DNA of 54,620 nucleotides, counting the filler, from Squatina squatina (Eukaryota), in the NCBI GenBank assembly GCA_031763465.1. It is 3 parts of 3 records of this genome, joined end to end, with 100 filler letters (N's around TTAATTAATTAA, not from the genome) between each part and the next. Parts side by side here need not be neighbours in the genome. Positions count along the whole stretch, not along the records: positions 1 to 21,540 come from JARFOE010000234.1; positions 21,641 to 34,695 come from JARFOE010000013.1; 1 more part is not named here. One strand, written 5' to 3'. The notes under the pieces were generated by a model. The model was not told where the DNA came from. It saw nothing but the letters and a program-made list of their open reading frames with translations, and searched no databases. The position numbers and the translations under genes are program-made. Shown in pieces: positions 12,759 through 24,319 of the stretch. Every line of letters starts with the position of its first letter. Position 1 is the first letter of the stretch.

Positions 12759-13326
12759 ACGCTACTGTTACAGCACTAGAAGTGGATGACATACTTGAGG
12801 CTTAAAGGACAGAATCTATTCGGTTAGAACTCAGGAACAATAGAGGAGCTATTACACTGTCTGCTGGATGTATACTATAGGCCACCAAATTGTGGGAAGG
12901 AGATAGAGCAGCAAATTTTCAGGCAAAGTGAAGAAAGATGCAAGAGTATTAGAGTAGTGATAATGGGGGACTTCAATTGCCCTAATATAAACTGGGAAAA
13001 TAAGGTAAAGGGAAAAGAGGGGGAGGAATGCCTGAAGTATCTTTCTTGATCAGTANNNNNNNNNNCGTTTCCAGCCCAATGAAGAAGGAAGCAGTGCTGG
13101 ATCTAGTTCTGGAAATGAAGTGGGACAAATGGAGCATGTTTCAGTGGGACAGCATTTGGGAAACACTGATCACAATATAATTATGTTTAGAGTAGATATG
13201 AAAAAGGACAAGGAAAAATCAAATGAAAAAATAGTCCACTGGAGGAGAGCTAATTTCACTGAGTTGAAAAGGGATCTGGCCCAGGTGGATTAGAATCAAT
13301 CAAAGATTGGCAGGTGGAACAGTAAA
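12759..13326 (+). mobile_element. CR1 LINE endonuclease region, decayed
   Basis: ESIRLELRNNRGAITL, YYRPPN, RVVIMGDFNCPNINWE and AVLDLVL motifs with frameshifts. Confidence 0.9.
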
Positions 13327-13889
13327 NNNNNNNNNNNNNNNNNNNNNNNNNNNNNNNNNNNNNNNNNNNNNNNNNNNNNNNNNNNNNNNNNNNNNNNNNN
13401 NNNNNNNNNNNNNNNNNNNNNNNNNNGAATTACTGATTCTGTGTTCACTAAAGCCCCAATGACCTCTCTGTTATTTTAATGGCATGCTCAAAATTCCAAT
13501 ACTTAAAGAATTAAGTAGACCATGAACCTTAATGGCTTATGTAGTATCTCTTACATTGAAAGTGAAGGGAATGCTTGGGAGCACTATTGTGCAGCTAGTA
13601 TCGAGCGCATAAGCTAAATATCCCGGCCTGAGGTTTCTTTTCCTAAACATTGTGAAACTGTTTCATTTATTTGCCTTTAAGATGATTTTTAATAAGCAAC
13701 TTTCTGGAGGCGATCAATTCTCTGCTCAGTTGCAAAATGGGATAATGGTATTGCCACTTGAATAAATGTCGTTAAATCGAGTTGTATGAAGGCTCAGCTT
13801 TCTTGCTTGGCCAACCTGTAGCTAGTCTGAGATGATTGGGCAGAGATGGAATGTATGACTGATTAGATGGCTGAAGAGAAACTTTGAAT

Positions 13890-14010
13890 GTAGAACCATA
13901 GAATATTACAGCACTGAAGGAAGCCATTTGGCCCATGGTGCCTGTGCAGGCTCTTTGAAAGAGCTGTCCAATTATTCCCACTCCCTTGTTCTTTCCCCAT
14001 AGTCCTGCAT
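13890..14010 (-). mobile_element. CR1 3' tail
   Basis: Reverse complement of the CR1 3' end seen at 15257-15495 (GGCCAAATGGCTTCCTTCAGTGCTGTAA..TTCTATG). Confidence 0.75.
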
Positions 14011-14529
14011 TTTTTAAATGTTAAAAAATTTCAATTGATGCACCAGATAACTGAAAACATGGTTTTATTATTTTAGAAGACACTTGCCTACAAAAAAATG
14101 CTTAAAAATAGCCTCATGTGTGCCAATTGCAAATAAGTAAAATGGGTGGATCAACCTAGGATTGATGCGTTTCTTAATTTTGCTTTATTGCAAGCTACTG
14201 GGCTTCAGGTCAGTGATATTATCAAGTGAGAGAGACAACAGGCCCGTGGCAGATGACATTCACTTCCCTGGTAAAGTTTGCATTCCAGAGTTCATTATGT
14301 TAATCTTTTGAAGACTGACTGGCAAAGTGGAAATCGTCTAAAATTGTCTACATTTCTCTTGTACCAAAGAGATAAAAATGTGAAACAGTGGATGGTATGC
14401 TCCCACTTAAGTCAATTTCAAAACATTTGTGTCTACCAATTCACGACCCATAGTTTACAATGTAGGAGGCCCAGTAGTTTGTACTTTGAAAGTACCTGTT
14501 AAAGTGATGATTGGATCTGATTTTCCCTT

Positions 14530-15120
14530 CCTTGCAATGAAATTCAAGGCCTTCACTTGGTGCAAGTGGTTGAGATTCTGAACTCTGGCCTTTTATGCTC
14601 TCCTATATGAAAAAGCATATTTTGAGCTGGATGACTTTTGTTCCTGAAGAGATTGATATTGGGTACATTTGAGGTGATCTTTTGAGCACAGAAGTAGAAG
14701 CCATTTCAGGAGCTCTGCTGGCTGCATTGGGCAGAACCGTGTGCAGACAACTGGAAGGAACAGGAGCATGGAGGAGAGGTAGTGTTGGAGGATGGTGTGA
14801 CTGACTGTGTCGAAAGCTACCGAGAGGCTCTGGAGGATGAAAAGGAATAACTCACTGTAGTGACAGTCACACAGAATGCCATTGGTGACTTTGACCAGGG
14901 TAGTCTGAGTACTGTGAGTGCGACAGAAGTCCAGACTGAAGGAATACTAACAGCGGGCCTTGGGAGGGGTTGGCACAGATAGAGACAAAATGTTCTAGAA
15001 TTTTAGAAAGGAAGGGGGATTGGAGATGAGACGATTAGAGAGAATGAAGAGATTGAGGATAGGCTCATTGTGGCAGTTTTGAACAGTGCTTGAGAAGAGG
15101 GAACAGTTGACAATGCTGGT
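14530..15120 (-). mobile_element. L2-type LINE RT fragment, decayed
   Basis: Minus strand gives QSG..HSTQTTLVKVTNGIL and ILQSLSVAFDTVSHTIL (the LDLSAAFDTVDH motif). Confidence 0.8.
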
Positions 15121-15256
15121 GAGCAATGGCTTTCATTAGAACTGCTCTTGTGTGTANNNNNNNNNNNNNNNNNNNNNNNNNNNNNNNNNNNNNNNNNNNN
15201 NNNNNNNNNNNNNNNNNNNNNNNNNNNNNNNNNNNNNNNNNNNNNNNNNNNNNNNN

Positions 15257-15495
15257 GGGGAATTGGCTTTACACAGCGAGTTGCTGTGATCTGGAATGCA
15301 CTGCCTGAAAGGGTGGGCAAACCTGATTCAATCGTAACTTTCAAAAGGGAATTGGATATATAATTGTAAAGGAAAAATTTGCAGGGCGAAAGGGAAAGAG
15401 TAGGGGAGTGGGACTAATTGGAGAGCTCTTTCAAAGAGCCGGCACTGACACTATGTGCTGAATGGCCTCCTCTTGTGCTGTAAGATTCTGTGATA
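15257..15495 (+). mobile_element. CR1 LINE 3' end
   Basis: FTQRVAVIWNALPERVGKPDSIVTFKRELDI followed by the 3' UTR ...GAATGGCCTCCTCTTGTGCTGTAAGATTCTGTG. Confidence 0.9.
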
Positions 15496-15929
15496 CTCCA
15501 TGCAGTACATCTGCAGGCTGATTATTAATAAGCGGTCTCCCATTGTGAGCTGCAGGTTGGCTGCTTCTGACCTGAGTGTGGAATATAGATCTGTTAGGCA
15601 CAGAGCCACAGGCAGCTTTATCAAGCATTTTAGCAACAATTTATTAGCTATTTCATTGACCGATTTTTCCACAGCCATGCTTCCCATTTGACTGTTTTCC
15701 CGCTGCGAGTAATGGGTAAAACTCTACACCTTGTACGTTATCAAGAACAGACTATGCAATAGAATAAGGGTGAAAATATTGCATTAAATCAGAAGCAAAC
15801 TTCATAACAGGGAGAACTTACAGCCTGACTTACAACTTCTTTCTAAGCAAATCCAGACCCTTTTCCTGGAGGCACCCACCCTCCAACTCCACAGCACAAC
15901 CCTGTAGAGGTAACAAGTTCATATCTTAC

Positions 15930-16055
15930 TGGGTTCTGATGAAAGATCATCAACTTGAGATGTTAATTCTATTTTCTTTCCACAGATGCTGCCTGATAGT
16001 GTTACCAGCCTTTTCTGTTTTTATTTCAGATTTCCAGCATCCGTAGTATTTTGCC
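15930..16055 (+). mobile_element. Penelope-like element terminal repeat remnant
   Basis: TTCTGATGAAAGATCATCAACTTGAGATGTTAA...CCACAGATGCTGCCTGA...TTTCAGATTTCCAGCATC resembles the common elasmobranch PLE-associated terminal repeat (recognised from memory). Confidence 0.6.
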
Positions 16056-16989
16056 ATTGCTCAAGATTAGCGACCCACCCAAAGATCAGCTCAGACTAGG
16101 TTAGCATTGTTTCTATGTACCAAAGCTTTCTCCCTTCCCACATCCCAGCCACTGCCAACAAAAAGCTCTGAGCCATGAAGTATACAGCAAATATTATACC
16201 AAGATGTACAACTATACCAACTATGTATCATTGAATGCTACTGTATATTCCATATTCCTGAGCACGTTTAATCCGCTGTACAATTCTGAAATGAATGGAG
16301 GTAAAAGAAAATAAACAAATGAGTTTGAAAGCAAATGCCTGCTTTTATACAACAGAAAATTGCAAACAGACCCTTACAGGTAAACATAAAAGTACCTGAA
16401 TACCTTTTGATCTTGGCTTCACTCTGCAACATTCAATTTTCGTCTGGCCCTCAATGCGTTATAGCAAATTGTTTCTTTCTTCTAAGCAGTCATCAGCATT
16501 TTCTCTGTGTGCTTAATCAATACTACTTCTACACTAAACCAGAGATATAACAGCTCTCACTATTCAAATCGCATTATATGTAACGATAAATTACACAGAT
16601 ACAGAAACCTCAAAGGCTCCAGCAGACCATAGTATCCATGTAAACGCCTTCACACTTTGCCAGTGGGAATGTACATATGCCGTCCCTTTACACTGAGCTA
16701 CATTCGCAGTGCTAGTATGAATTGTACAACCTTTGATTAGATGTGACACCTTTGTGCAGGCTATGCAACTGATGAATATTGACAAGCCAAAACATTCTTG
16801 AGAAGTGACGACGTTAAGGTTGAGGCATCTTCCTCTGANNNNNNNNNNNNNNNNNNNNNNNNNNNNNNNNNNNNNNNNNNNNNNNNNNNNNNNNNNNNNN
16901 NNNNNNNNNNNNNNNNNNNNNNNNNNNNNNNNNNNNNNTTGCCAAAGTCTTTGAATGTTTTTTTTTTAATTTCCCAAATCCACCCCCAT

Positions 16990-18112
16990 CCATTTTGCAA
17001 TTCCATGTTTAAATCTCTCCAATCAGGTTTCCACTCCTGCCACAGCCCATCCCTGCAGTATTACTTCTGGAGTCCCCCAAGGATCTATCCATGGTCCTCT
17101 TGTCTGTCTTATCTATATGCGTCCGCTTCACATCATCATGCGAAGATATGGAATCAGCTTCCAAATGCATGCTAAGAATACCCAGCACTACCTCTGTATG
17201 CACCCTCTTGAATCCTCCACTGCCTTTGTGCTAGTAGATATCCATTCCAGCATCTTTTCTTGGATGAGCCACAATTTCCTCCTCACTGGGAAGAGCGAAG
17301 CCATGGATTTTGGCCTGCACATATTTTGCACCCTTGCCACTGATTCTATCCTCCTCCTCAGCCATTATCTCAGATTGAACTTGACTATTTGTAGGCTCGG
17401 GGTTCTCTTGGACCTTGAGCGGACTTTCAACCTCATATCCTCTCCATCAGCAAGACTGACCACTTCCACCTTTGTAACATCGCCCACCTCTGCCCTGCCT
17501 AAACCCACCTTCTGCGGAAACTCCAATGTCTTTGGCACCTCCAGGCTTCACTATTCCAATTGTCTCCTTGCTGACCACCCCGTCCATTCTCCACCCTCCA
17601 TAAATGTCAGCTAATCCAACAATCTCCTGCCCATGTCCTATATTGTACCCCTCACCCCTCACCCTGTCCTTGCTTACCTACATTGGCTCCCAGTCTTACA
17701 ACACCTGCAATTTAGAATTCTCATCCTTCTGTTTAAATCCCTTCATGGCCTTGCCCTCTATATAGCTGTAACTGCCTCCAGCACTACACCTACCCATCCC
17801 TCCAAAAACTCTGCGCTCCTCCAACTCTGGCTTCTTGTGCGGCCCTCCCTTCACTGAAGCATTGACATCCGCGCATTCAGCCATCTGGACCATACGCTCT
17901 GGAATTTCCTCTCTAGACCTGTCTGCCTCTGCACCTCCCTGCTCCCTCTCTTCTTAAAGAACCTCTTTAAAGACCAGCTCTAACCATGCTTTTGGTGACC
18001 CTCCTAATACATAATTTATTTGGCTTCCCGTCCATTTTTGTCTGATTTCATTTCTGTAAAGCACCTTGGAATACTTTTCAATGTTAAAAGCTCTAAATAA
18101 ATGCGATTTGCT
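16990..18112 (+). mobile_element. L2-type LINE RT C-terminal half and 3' tail, decayed
   Basis: SLQSGF..CHS, SGVPQGSI.GP, YGISFQMHAKNTQHYL (decayed YADDTQLY), SRLHYSNCLL and LHWLPVLQHLQFRILILLFKSLHGLA; tail TGTAAAGCACCTTGG...AAATAAATGC. Confidence 0.92.
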
Positions 18113-18693
18113 ATTTTTTGTTCCAGTAATAGTGGTTCAGAGGTAAGGGAATAGACCAGTAATACCCAATGACAGACCTTGGTGCACCTCTTAACTTACA
18201 GCATAGAAAGCAGTGCATTCTGTGGAATATCTGACCACCTCAATCTATACTTATTGTTACAATCTTCAGTTCTGTTTACAATCCATATTTATCTAGCTTT
18301 GTTTTGAAGGAAAATCCATCCATCCATCTCAGAATTAACATTTCTTTTTATAAATATGCAGAAGATACTGTGGCTTGCAATGATTCAGAAACGTGTGAAC
18401 GTGATAGCTTGAAGTTAATTTAATCGATGATACTATTTCAATTCTGTATTAAGTTCTAGATTAAGGGAAATTGGACAGTTGCTATGCCTCTTACACATTA
18501 TATAATTTGTGAGAGTGCAAACCAAAATTGAATCAACATAAAACTATTACTCAGATATTTGTCTTCCTGTATGCCCTAGATAAAACTGCTGCCTTAGCCA
18601 TTCATTGCAGTAAATCGGTAAATAGGTTTCCCAGATCTCTTTCAGTAGGACTGCTTTGTTATATTTCTCATTATTTCAAATAAAACCTCAAGT

Positions 18694-19560
18694 TTGCTCA
18701 TGAATAAAAGTCAGCATGGACTTTTTAAAGGAAAATTGTGTTTGATTAGCTTGATTGAGTTCTTTGATGAAGTAACCGAAAGGGCTGCTGAGNNNNNNNN
18801 NNNNNNNNNNNNNNNNNNNNNNNNNNNNNNNNNNNNNNNNNNNNNNNNNNNNNNNNNNNNNNNNNNNNNNNNNNNNNNNNNNNNNNNNNNNNCAATGGAA
18901 TTCTAGCTTTTATTACAAGAGGCAAAGAATATAGAAGATAGGAGGTAATGATGAGCTTATATAGTGCCTTAATAAAGCCTAAGTTTGGGTACTGTGTACA
19001 GTATTGGGCTTCACACTACAGTATGGATATTGAGAGGATAGATTGCAGTCATTCGGATGCAAATACAAAGACTTTAAAAAGGGGCTTTTATCATTAGAGC
19101 AATGCAGATTATGAGGTGATATGATAGAATAGCTTAAAATTATTAAAGGATGGTAGATAGAAGAAGGCTGTTTCAAATAGTCGAGGGCCCAAGAATTAGG
19201 CTTCATGAATACATTAAAACTAAGAAATTTAGAACGGAGACCATGAGATGCTTCTTTGCACAGAAGAGTTGTGAGGCTGTAGAACGTAGTTGCTGAGATA
19301 CTGGGTGAGGCAGAAACTATGCCAACATTGAACTTTGGATTGGATATTTGGAAGAAAGAGAGATACTTGCATTTATGCAGCGCTTTCCACAACCTCAGGA
19401 CATTCCAAAGCGCTTTACAGCCAATGTGGATGAAAGAAAAGGGGTTGAAGAGATATGGGAAAACAGTGGGTAAATATAATTAGAACTATTTATTTGTGTG
19501 GAGGGTAAATAGCAACTTGGACTGGTTGGTCCAAATCACTTATTTCTATGTATAACTACA
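18694..19560 (+). mobile_element. CR1 LINE RT fragment and 3' end (spans a gap; SINE tail nested at ~19349-19426)
   Basis: SQHGLFKGKLCLISLIEFFDEVT before the gap; after it LYSALI.P.., YCVQYWASHY and FFAQ.VVRL remnants. Confidence 0.85.
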
Positions 19561-19786
19561 TACCACTGCAACTAACATTTTTTGGCCAATTATACCAACA
19601 TGTAAAGAACCTTGGGAGACCTGGATCAAGTAAGCTTCAATGTCTGTGAATTAATGCAAGTGAACAGGGTTTCCTTAAGCAATAGCAGTTTCAAATTAAC
19701 TTTTTGGGAATGGTCCAAATCTCCAATTACAGAGTAAAACAATTTCCAAGAAGTGTTTAAACTTGGAATGGCAATTTAGCACTGAT

Positions 19787-20025
19787 CACAACAACAACTT
19801 GTATTTATATGGCACCTTTAACATTCTAGAAATTCCCAAGGCACTTCACCGAGTCTTATAAAACAAAACTTGACACCGAGCCACATAAGGTCATATTAGG
19901 CAGATGACCAGAAACTTGGTCAAAGAGGTAAGTTTTAAGGAGTGTCTTAAAGGAAGAGAGAGAGGTAGAGAGGCAGAGAGGTTTAGGCAGGGAATTCCAG
20001 AGCTTAGGGCCTCGGCAGCTTAGGG
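19787..20025 (-). mobile_element. L2-type LINE 3' end
   Basis: Reverse complement gives CTCTGGAATTCCCTGCCTAAACC...TTTGACCAAG...GGTGCCATATAAATACAAGTTGTTGTTG. Confidence 0.88.
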
Positions 20026-20269
20026 CTTACAACAAACATTCATAAAATAAGAAAGATCTGTAATTTTGAGTAAAATATTTTACAACGCTGTGACAAACAA
20101 TTGTTATTTTGATACCAAATCGACATTTTTTGAGAAACCATCACTCACTTCTGTTTAGTTCCCATATCTGCAAGTCTTCAGAGAATTACTCTGTTATTTA
20201 ATTGAGCTTGTTCCCAAAAGGAAACACAGGTAGGGCAAAAAGAAAATTGTTACTATACCTACTGCTAGA

Positions 20270-20715
20270 GTGTCAGCTGTGGCTCAGTGGGCAGCACACT
20301 TGCTTCTGGGTCAGAAGCTTGTGGGTTCAAGTCCTGCTTGAGTAAAAAAAATCTAGGCTGATACTGCAGTGCTTGGGAGAGTGCTGCACTGTCAGAGGTG
20401 CCTTCTTTTGGTTGAGATGTTAAACTGAGGGCCCGAGGCGCTCGTAAGTGGATGTAAAAGATCCCGTGCCACTATTTAGAAGAAGAGCAGGTGAGTTATC
20501 CCTGGTGCCCTGGCTAGTATTTATCCCTCAACCAACATTACTGAAAAACAGAATATTTGGTCATTATTACATTGCAGTTTGTGGGAGCTTGCTTTGCACA
20601 AATTATCTGCCACATTACAACAGCGACTACACTTCAAAAAGTACCTAATTGGCTGTAAAGCACTTTGAGACATGGTGGGCATGAAAGGCGCTATATAAAT
20701 GCAAGTCTTTTTTCT
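20270..20715 (+). mobile_element. Full-length DeuSINE (SacSINE1-like) tRNA-derived SINE
   Basis: Pol III A box TGGCTCAGTGG (20280-20290), B box GGTTCAAGTCC (20324-20334), Deu-type core GAGGTGCC..TGAGATGTTAAAC..AAAGATCCC, and L2-like tail GAAAGGCGCTATATAAATGCAAGTCTTT. Confidence 0.9.
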
Positions 20716-21428
20716 TTCAAATGGAACAAGAGCAAGCTTGTTAAAGGGTTACTGCTAAGAAACTAGATTAAATTCCCTCCTTTGGAGCCTGATGAACAAG
20801 TTGCCATTGCTACCCCTGCTGACTGTAAAAGCACAGTTAGAAGATTAACCCAATGGGAAGTGCTGTTGTGGAGAGAGATTATAACCATATGAAATTGAGC
20901 AGCAGAGATTTCTTTCATGGCTGTCTAGTACTGCTGTGTGTGCTGGCAGAGTTAGTAATTGAAGGTTTGGACAGACGTAGAAAGACAAAGCCAGGATAGC
21001 TGTGAAACATGAGCCTCACTGGCAAATCAGATCCCAGCAATGCACCTGTACCTGAACACTACATGTGACTGAATCCTCAGAAAGAAACCACAAACGATGG
21101 GTGACATTTAAACAATACCGACTTATAATTACACGTTAAGAGCTTTTCACAATAATGATTCATTATTCTGCACAGCAGCTGCTGGAACATCAACTATCAA
21201 CCTTCAACGTGTCTGAAATGGAAATTGTGGTGCATTCTGAATAAGCTTGCCAGGATAATGGAGGGAAAGAAAATAGTAAAATGGGAATATTCCATTCGGT
21301 GCTGGCTGCCTTTGTCTCTGGCTACTTGTGGTAACAACTCCAATTTTGCATTTCATTTACTAAGTTTCAGATTCATACAAAAAAAGTCTGGGGACGTTTT
21401 AATTTCATTAAATTTAACTTAATTATTA

Positions 21429-21540
21429 CCATAATTTTCCAAATAGAATATGCCCCCACATATAATGCGCACCCCAATTTTTATGAACTAAGACTCAAAT
21501 TTGCCTTATCACCATGTATAATACGCACCTAAGCTTTTTC
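21429..21540. mobile_element. Tc1/mariner (Tc2-like) DNA transposon end
   Basis: TA|CCATAATTTTCC start followed by repeated TATAAT(G/A)CGCACC motifs. Confidence 0.45.
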
Positions 21541-21640
21541 NNNNNNNNNNNNNNNNNNNNNNNNNNNNNNNNNNNNNNNNNNNNTTAATTAATTAANNNN
21601 NNNNNNNNNNNNNNNNNNNNNNNNNNNNNNNNNNNNNNNN
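21541..21640. other. Artificial scaffold linker (44 N + TTAATTAATTAA + 44 N)
   Basis: Six-frame-stop palindrome at 21585-21596 centred exactly in a 100-nt gap. Confidence 0.97.
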
Positions 21641-22465
21641 CTTCAAAATGAAGTTTGGGACCTGGAACATGAGGACCCTCATGGATAATCCGACTGACCC
21701 AAACGCCGCACCGCTATCACAGCCCGGGAACTCAGACACAACTACATCGACATTGCCACCCTGAGTGAAAGACAGTGGGCAGGAGAAGGCCAGCTCAAGG
21801 AACAAGACGGCGGATACATCTTCTTCTGGAAAGGCAAACCAGGAGAAGAACACTGTCTCCATGGAGTTGGTTTCGCCATCAAAAAAAAACTAGAAGGGCG
21901 TCTTAGTGAGTTCCCTTATAGGACAAATGAACATCTCATAATCCTTCAGCTCACGCTAACCCGAACTAGTAGACTGCGGTCGTCAGTGCGTACGCCCCAA
22001 CCCTGGAAGCTATGATGAGGCCAAAGAGGAATTCTACGCCAGCCTTGGACAATCCTTGTCCCGAATCCCAAAGGGAGACAAGCTGATTCTCCTTGGCAAT
22101 TTCAATGTCAGAGTTGGGAAGGACACAAACCTCTGGAAAGACAAGATTGGCAGGGAAGGAATAGAGAAAGCAAACTCCAACTGAGTCCTCCTCCTGATGA
22201 AATGCTTAGAACATGGCCTTGTCATAAGCAATGCCATGTTTTATCAAAGAGACAAGTACAAGACCTCATGGCAACACTTGCTATACTACGTTATCGTTTA
22301 AGTGAGGGACCCCAAAGATGTCTGCATCACCCGCGCCATGACAGGAGCCGACGACTGCTGGACTGACCACCGCCTAATCTGTTCTATTATCTCCATCAAC
22401 CTGGCCCCAAAAAGGCAGCGGCACCAGAACTGTTACCACAGGCCAATCAATGTCGAAGGACTCAA
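21641..22465 (+). mobile_element. RTE-clade LINE endonuclease region, decayed
   Basis: MKFGTWNMRTLMD, YIDIATLSE..WAGEGQLKE..GYIFFWKG, GVGFAIK, SAYAPTL, DKLILLGNFNVRVG and DCWTDHRLI. Confidence 0.92.
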
Positions 22466-22914
22466 NNNNNNNNNNNNNNNNNNNNNNNNNNNNNNNNNNN
22501 NNNNNNNNNNNNNNNNNNNNNNNNNNNNNNNNNNNNNNNNNNNNNNNNNNNNNNNNNNNNNNNNNGGGAGAGAAGAATAGAAGGGTATGTTGATGGGGTT
22601 AGATGAAGGAGGGTGGGAGGAGGCTTGTGTGAAGAAAACACTGGCATGAACCTTTTGGGCTGAATGGTCTGTTTCTATGCTGTAAATATTATGTAATACA
22701 GTAGAAATAACAAGCTTTATACGAACATGAAAAACCAGCTGGTCCATCGTGCCTGTCCTGTACTGTCAGCATAAGTTCTGCACACCATCCACCTTCCCTC
22801 CTCCCACCAACCACGCAATCTCCTGGGAGAGGCAGAAAGAAATCTTGAGAAAAAAAATCCAAGACCAACTGAGAAATTCCTCTACGACCCCTGAAGGGAA
22901 TTAATCAAAGAATC

Positions 22915-23130
22915 AGAGGGGGAGAATTTTTTTTTTGCAGTGAGTTGTGATCTGGAACGCGCTGCCTGAAAGGGCAGTGGAAGCGGATTCACTAATAACT
23001 TTCAAAGGGGAATTGGATAAATACTTGGAAAGGAAACATTTGCAGGGCCTCGGGGAAGAGTAGGAGAATGGAACTAATTGGATAGGTCTAACAAAGAGCC
23101 GATACAGGCAGGATGGGCTGATGATTCTAT
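22915..23130 (+). mobile_element. CR1 LINE 3' end
   Basis: IWNALPERAVEADSLITFKGELDKYL plus 3' UTR. Confidence 0.88.
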
Positions 23131-23319
23131 GATCTCGTTCCAGAAGACTGCAGTGGCTGAGTGACTCATCCCACAGTCACCCAGCTATGTTCTATATACA
23201 GTTACGTTGGCCAATCTCANNNNNNNNNNNNNNNNNNNNNNNNNNNNNNNNNNNNNNNNNNNNNNNNNNNNNNNNNNNNNNNNNNNNNNNNNNNNNNNNN
23301 NNNNNNNNNNNNNNNNNNN

Positions 23320-23428
23320 TACAACAGTGACTACACTTCAAAAAGTACTTCATTGACTATAAAGCGCTTGGGGATGTCCTGTGGTCGTGAAAGACACTAT
23401 ATAAATGCAAGTCTTTCTTTTCTTTCTT
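23320..23428 (+). mobile_element. DeuSINE 3' tail
   Basis: ACAACAGTGACTACACTTCAAAAGTAC...CTATATAAATGCAAGTCTTTCTTT. Confidence 0.85.
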
Positions 23429-23754
23429 CCTATCTTCCATCAGACTTCCACAAATGTGCACCGAGTAGTAATGAGAGCAAGAACCAAGCTACTTTTGTCC
23501 TGTCTAGCCGTGAGTTGAACGGGAGGCTTTAAGCCAATTGGGAGTGCTCCAACCACAACCATGGTTGCTAATGGCCAACTGAAGANNNNNNNNNNACAGA
23601 CCAAGGATTGAATCAGGGCCTGTTCTGCTCTCCATGGCTCAGTTGTATACTGGTCAGTGCACTAACCAACTGTTATGGGACTTGCATATTTTGATCTTTG
23701 CAATAAAGGTTATTTTATGAACAAGCTGGTGTTCAAAAGCACGGTTTTGTTTAC

Positions 23755-23785
23755 TTTATTAGTCTATGTTGATGTGCTATTTATT
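23755..23785 (-). terminator. Candidate RBBP8 polyadenylation signals (two AATAAA on the minus strand)
   Basis: tttatt at 23755-23760 and 23780-23785, about 370 nt past the end of the CDS in AT-rich UTR-like sequence. Confidence 0.45.
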
Positions 23786-24143
23786 ATTGCAGATTTCAGC
23801 AAATGATCATCACTAAAATCTTCCATAACATACATTCAAAAATTCACATTATATTTACAGGCAATTATATAACGGTTTACACATCTAACTGCATAATTAC
23901 CCAGTGCAACAAATAGCAACATACATTATGCCGGGTGTGCAAATGCCAAAGCTTCCACCTAATGTACAGATGAAAAGCAATCATAATTTAAATAACAATC
24001 ATAGAAAAAAAGGTTAGGTCTGAAACTGGTATAAAAACACATCAGGTAAGAGTCTCTCATGCCAAAAGATTTGAAGCAAAAAGGAGTTTAAAACACATTC
24101 TTCAGCGTAGCCCTTTTTTTGCAGTTCTCTCTTNNNNNNNNNN

Positions 24144-24319
<176 letters not shown>

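Noticed and set aside
20270-20340. tRNA gene
   Set aside because: The A and B boxes belong to a SINE head that continues into the Deu core and LINE tail.
21585-21596. TTAATTAATTAA as a biological palindrome
   Set aside because: Exactly centred in N runs and repeated identically at 34740; an assembly linker.
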